Assembly (NCBI GenBank): GCA_002633005.1 | Contig: NMRA01000175.1 | Location: 503,831 to 567,830 of the forward strand | Length of the DNA: 64,000 nt | Origin: Phoronis australis | Lineage: Eukaryota; Animalia; Phoronida | Direction of reading: 5' to 3' | In this document: piece after piece, positions 60,940 through 64,000 of the stretch | Layout: each line of letters starts with the position of its first letter | Position numbering within the stretch: the stretch's first letter is position 1 | Program-made: the position numbers and the translations under genes | The notes under the pieces: model-generated | Databases searched by the model: none | Seen by the model: the letters and a program-made list of their open reading frames with translations, nothing else | Told to the model about the DNA's origin: nothing

Positions 60940-62998
60940 ACTGACGTATAGGGCTGTGCATGTGATAACTTCTAGTTCAATCCTTTCAGTGTTAACTGCC
61001 AAGCACAGTCTTTTGTTGGTATGACAACAGCTAGACCACGCCTTGTGAACAGTCAAGGTCAGTGCGAGTTGGTACGTTCGGAAAAAATAGATTGTCGTAA
61101 CTTCGGTTTCAGTAGTGGGGCGATATTGGCGATTCTAAACATGAAAGAGCTTTGACGATCGAGGAATTCAGAAACTTCATTGCATGGGGGGCGCGCAGCA
61201 CTGAAAAAAGTGGGGGGCTAAAGCCCCCTCAGCCCCCCCTGTGGTGCACCGCCTATAGACTATGTGCAGTGTGGCGTTGAAAAAAGTGGGGGCTATAGTC
61301 CCCCCCAGCCCCCTCATGGTGCGCCGCCCATGTATTGGCTTATGTTCAAATAATGTGTAGTTATAACTTAACTTTTATTTTTAACAGCAAAGCACATAGT
61401 CTGGCTACGATCTTATTGGAGATTAGGGTAATTATCGAACAAAAGAGAGCTGGCCCTCCAACCATAAATGCCACAATGGAATTAATCAGTCGTCTATAAG
61501 ATATTGGTCATCTTTAATTTCCAACTCCACTGTTGGGCTATATATCGTTAAGTTGAGATCAACGGGAAAACGCCGTAATTACTGGTCCGCCATTTCTTTT
61601 TTTGTTGTAAAGCCGGCATCCAATGACTGCCGAGGTTACATCAACCGGTGACAAAACGCGCGCCACGGCATACCCTCGTGTTCGGACACTCGCATGGAAC
61701 CATGAAGCGAGTTGTTTTCGTACGCTGGTATCCGCGGTAGATTATTAATCTATACTTTCCGTCTACCGTGGGTACCAGGCCTACGGGAGCTAAGTATCTC
61801 CCGTGATTGTCAAATACCTCTTTAATCCACTTTTCTTTTTTACACTATTTCACACAGTTCACCAAAATATCAAAAGCGGATGCAATTCTTTAGTAGTTCT
61901 GAGTACTTTATTTCCAGCCGGGCTGTCGATAGACACCAGAAACTCCTTTCTTTGTGGCTCGAGGGGTCCGATTGATTAATGTCTGTAAATATTTCACCTT
62001 TGTATCCAGATTCATAGTCGGAAACTAGCACTTGTGAAAATGTTGGTTTGTTTATAACCAAAACCCGACTTTAAATAAACTATGAGGAAATGATGTTGGT
62101 TTCGCCATGCAGTTGTCCAGTTTGACGACACAGAAACCCGCGCACGTACAACTTCGGTGCTCGATTCTTGGTTTGGCAGTGACATCTCGATCATTGGGAG
62201 GTGACGACAGCTTCAAGGAAAGAAATTTTTCTAAAGTATTTCCGATCGCTGGAGATATAAGAGCTCCGAAAACTGACTGAGGGTAACTTAGTTATCCTGA
62301 AACTAAACAGAACTGGATTTAAGTATCGGCGCCCATTGGCCACTAGCGCTCTCGTGGAGCTAAAAAGTGACAAGTCATCGTTCCACCACAAAATTAACCC
62401 GCGTCAGCTGGAGAATAACGGACTAATGGCATTCTTTTCGCGCCGGTAAGGTTACGTTAATTAAGAAAGATTGTGTCCATTTTTTAATGACAGTAAGTCG
62501 ATCTGTGCAAGGTATTGAACGCCCCCTAGGTCGTTCCTAACATGTACAGCTTTGCGCCAAGGCTACAGCGAAAGATTTTCAGGTCTTACCCGTGATTCTG
62601 TCTTCTTCACAGACCGGCTACGGTCGCCATCAGTGTTCTCAAAATGGTTTCATGCGTATACACGAGACTTCAAAGTGACGACTTCAAGTTTTAATTCTAA
62701 ACCTTAAGTTGGTTATTGCCATAGACTAAAGGAATGCTATTCGTTGCCAGTTCCTCCGAAGTTTTGTTAGACATTAGTGTTTCCGTAAAAATGGACTCGT
62801 TGAGCCACGAACACCGGTGCTCGATGTTTCATGTCCGACTTGTTTTTAAACATCAGTTCTCGCCCAAATGAAAAAATATGACCCGAAATGCTCTTGCTGT
62901 TACATGACTGACTCCCAGTGACTTAAATTAACTGCAATGTGTGAAAGGAAATAGATTTTTTTTTTGAGAAAAGAATTGTTTTTAACTAGGGTCCTTAG

Positions 62999-63258
62999 AA
63001 ACACTAGAACATTTTGGTGCATTCCACAGCAAATGTGCCATTGGACAACAGACAAAGTGAACAATTTCCAGGGGACGCTGGGGAAACACTAGAACATTTT
63101 GGTGCATTCCAAAGCAGATTTGTCATGGGACAATAGACAAAGTGAACAATTTTCAGGGGACACTGGGGAAACACTTACTAGAACATTTTGGTGCATTCCA
63201 AAGCAGATGTGCTATCAGACCATAGAGACAAAGTGAACAATATCCAAGGGACATATGG
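62999..63258. repeat. Minisatellite, three ~85-90 bp units
   Basis: actagaacattttggtgcattcca...agacaaagtgaacaat...gggac repeated near 63003, 63088 and 63177. Confidence 0.9.
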
Positions 63259-64000
63259 GATTGCCAAATCACCTCAAAGAAACAATAATTACTTAGACAT
63301 TTATTCAGTTTCATGAATACCTTGACAATATAGATACCAATGTACCTTCGCATACCCAAGACCCTTCATTCTATAAACAAAACTCATATGTATTTCTCAT
63401 GAAAGGTAACAAGTAAACAATACTAAATCAGGATTCTTATGGTGATATTCAACTATAGGCAATGAATTTAGAGGATACATTTTTTAGAAACAGTTGACGA
63501 AATTAAAATCCACAAAAGAAGACAACAAACAAGCAACTATAAACATCCAAACACCATTTAGTCCAAATGTCTCTTTCCAAGAAATATTATGTAAATTACA
63601 TATTGACAATTAAACTAAACACCTAAACATCTGCCAGATAAAAATGATTAAAATTCCTATTTTTGTTCAACTTAACCAATTATAACAGTGGTGAAGATGG
63701 AAAATGAAAACCTGTCAAAGAGGTGAACCAAGTCAAAAGTCGGTAAAAATCTAACAATACATAAATGGAATACAGGCCTGTTTGAACTGCGAGTTGGGGT
63801 GCTCTGTGCAATCCAACACGTAGTCAATAACAGTCTAAACTCCATTGCAAATGACAATACCAGAGGAGTTTATTCCAAATTTTTAGAAAATACTTTTCAA
63901 ACAATACGTAAGGAAGGGACTCCAACCCCTATCGTCTTCACTGACCAAGACTTGTGGGTGGCAATCGGACAGCAGCCAATCGGGGATGAGATAGAGAATG

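Noticed and set aside
61850-62446. Overlapping short ORFs on -, or a possible + strand UTR exon ending at gtaagg
   Set aside because: No continuous frame or motif; splice signals alone are insufficient.
63900-64000. Possible terminal exon of a minus-strand gene at the window edge
   Set aside because: Too short, and none of the three frames is recognisable.

Overview
This is AT-rich, intron-rich eukaryotic genomic DNA, most likely a marine invertebrate (inferred from gene content and repeat types); it is not prokaryotic and has no CRISPR array. I can support four protein-coding loci. (1) A 5'-truncated, ~20-exon membrane receptor guanylyl cyclase of natriuretic-peptide-receptor type on + (186..19068), with extracellular domain, TM helix, kinase-homology domain and cyclase. 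(2) A convergent 26/29-kDa-proteinase-like papain-family cysteine protease on - (26368..36873; first exon uncertain). (3) A rolling-stone-like multi-pass membrane protein with an intronless CDS on + (46441..47631). (4) A RING/B-box/coiled-coil/NHL TRIM protein with an intronless CDS on - (54304..56007). Introns and intergenic DNA are crowded with decayed non-LTR retrotransposons, tRNA-derived SINE-like sequences, MITEs (CTG- and TTAA-duplicating), Helentron-like elements carrying CTCF-like motif arrays, foldback hairpins and minisatellites. I found no clearly new multi-gene system. The best leads are a cyclase with an Arg-to-Lys change at a catalytic position plus a degraded pseudokinase ATP site, a tandem duplication straddling a splice donor, a short LTR-like unit containing a tRNA-like sequence, and a tandem array of ~72-nt hairpins. 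All exon boundaries and family assignments were read by eye, without database searches.
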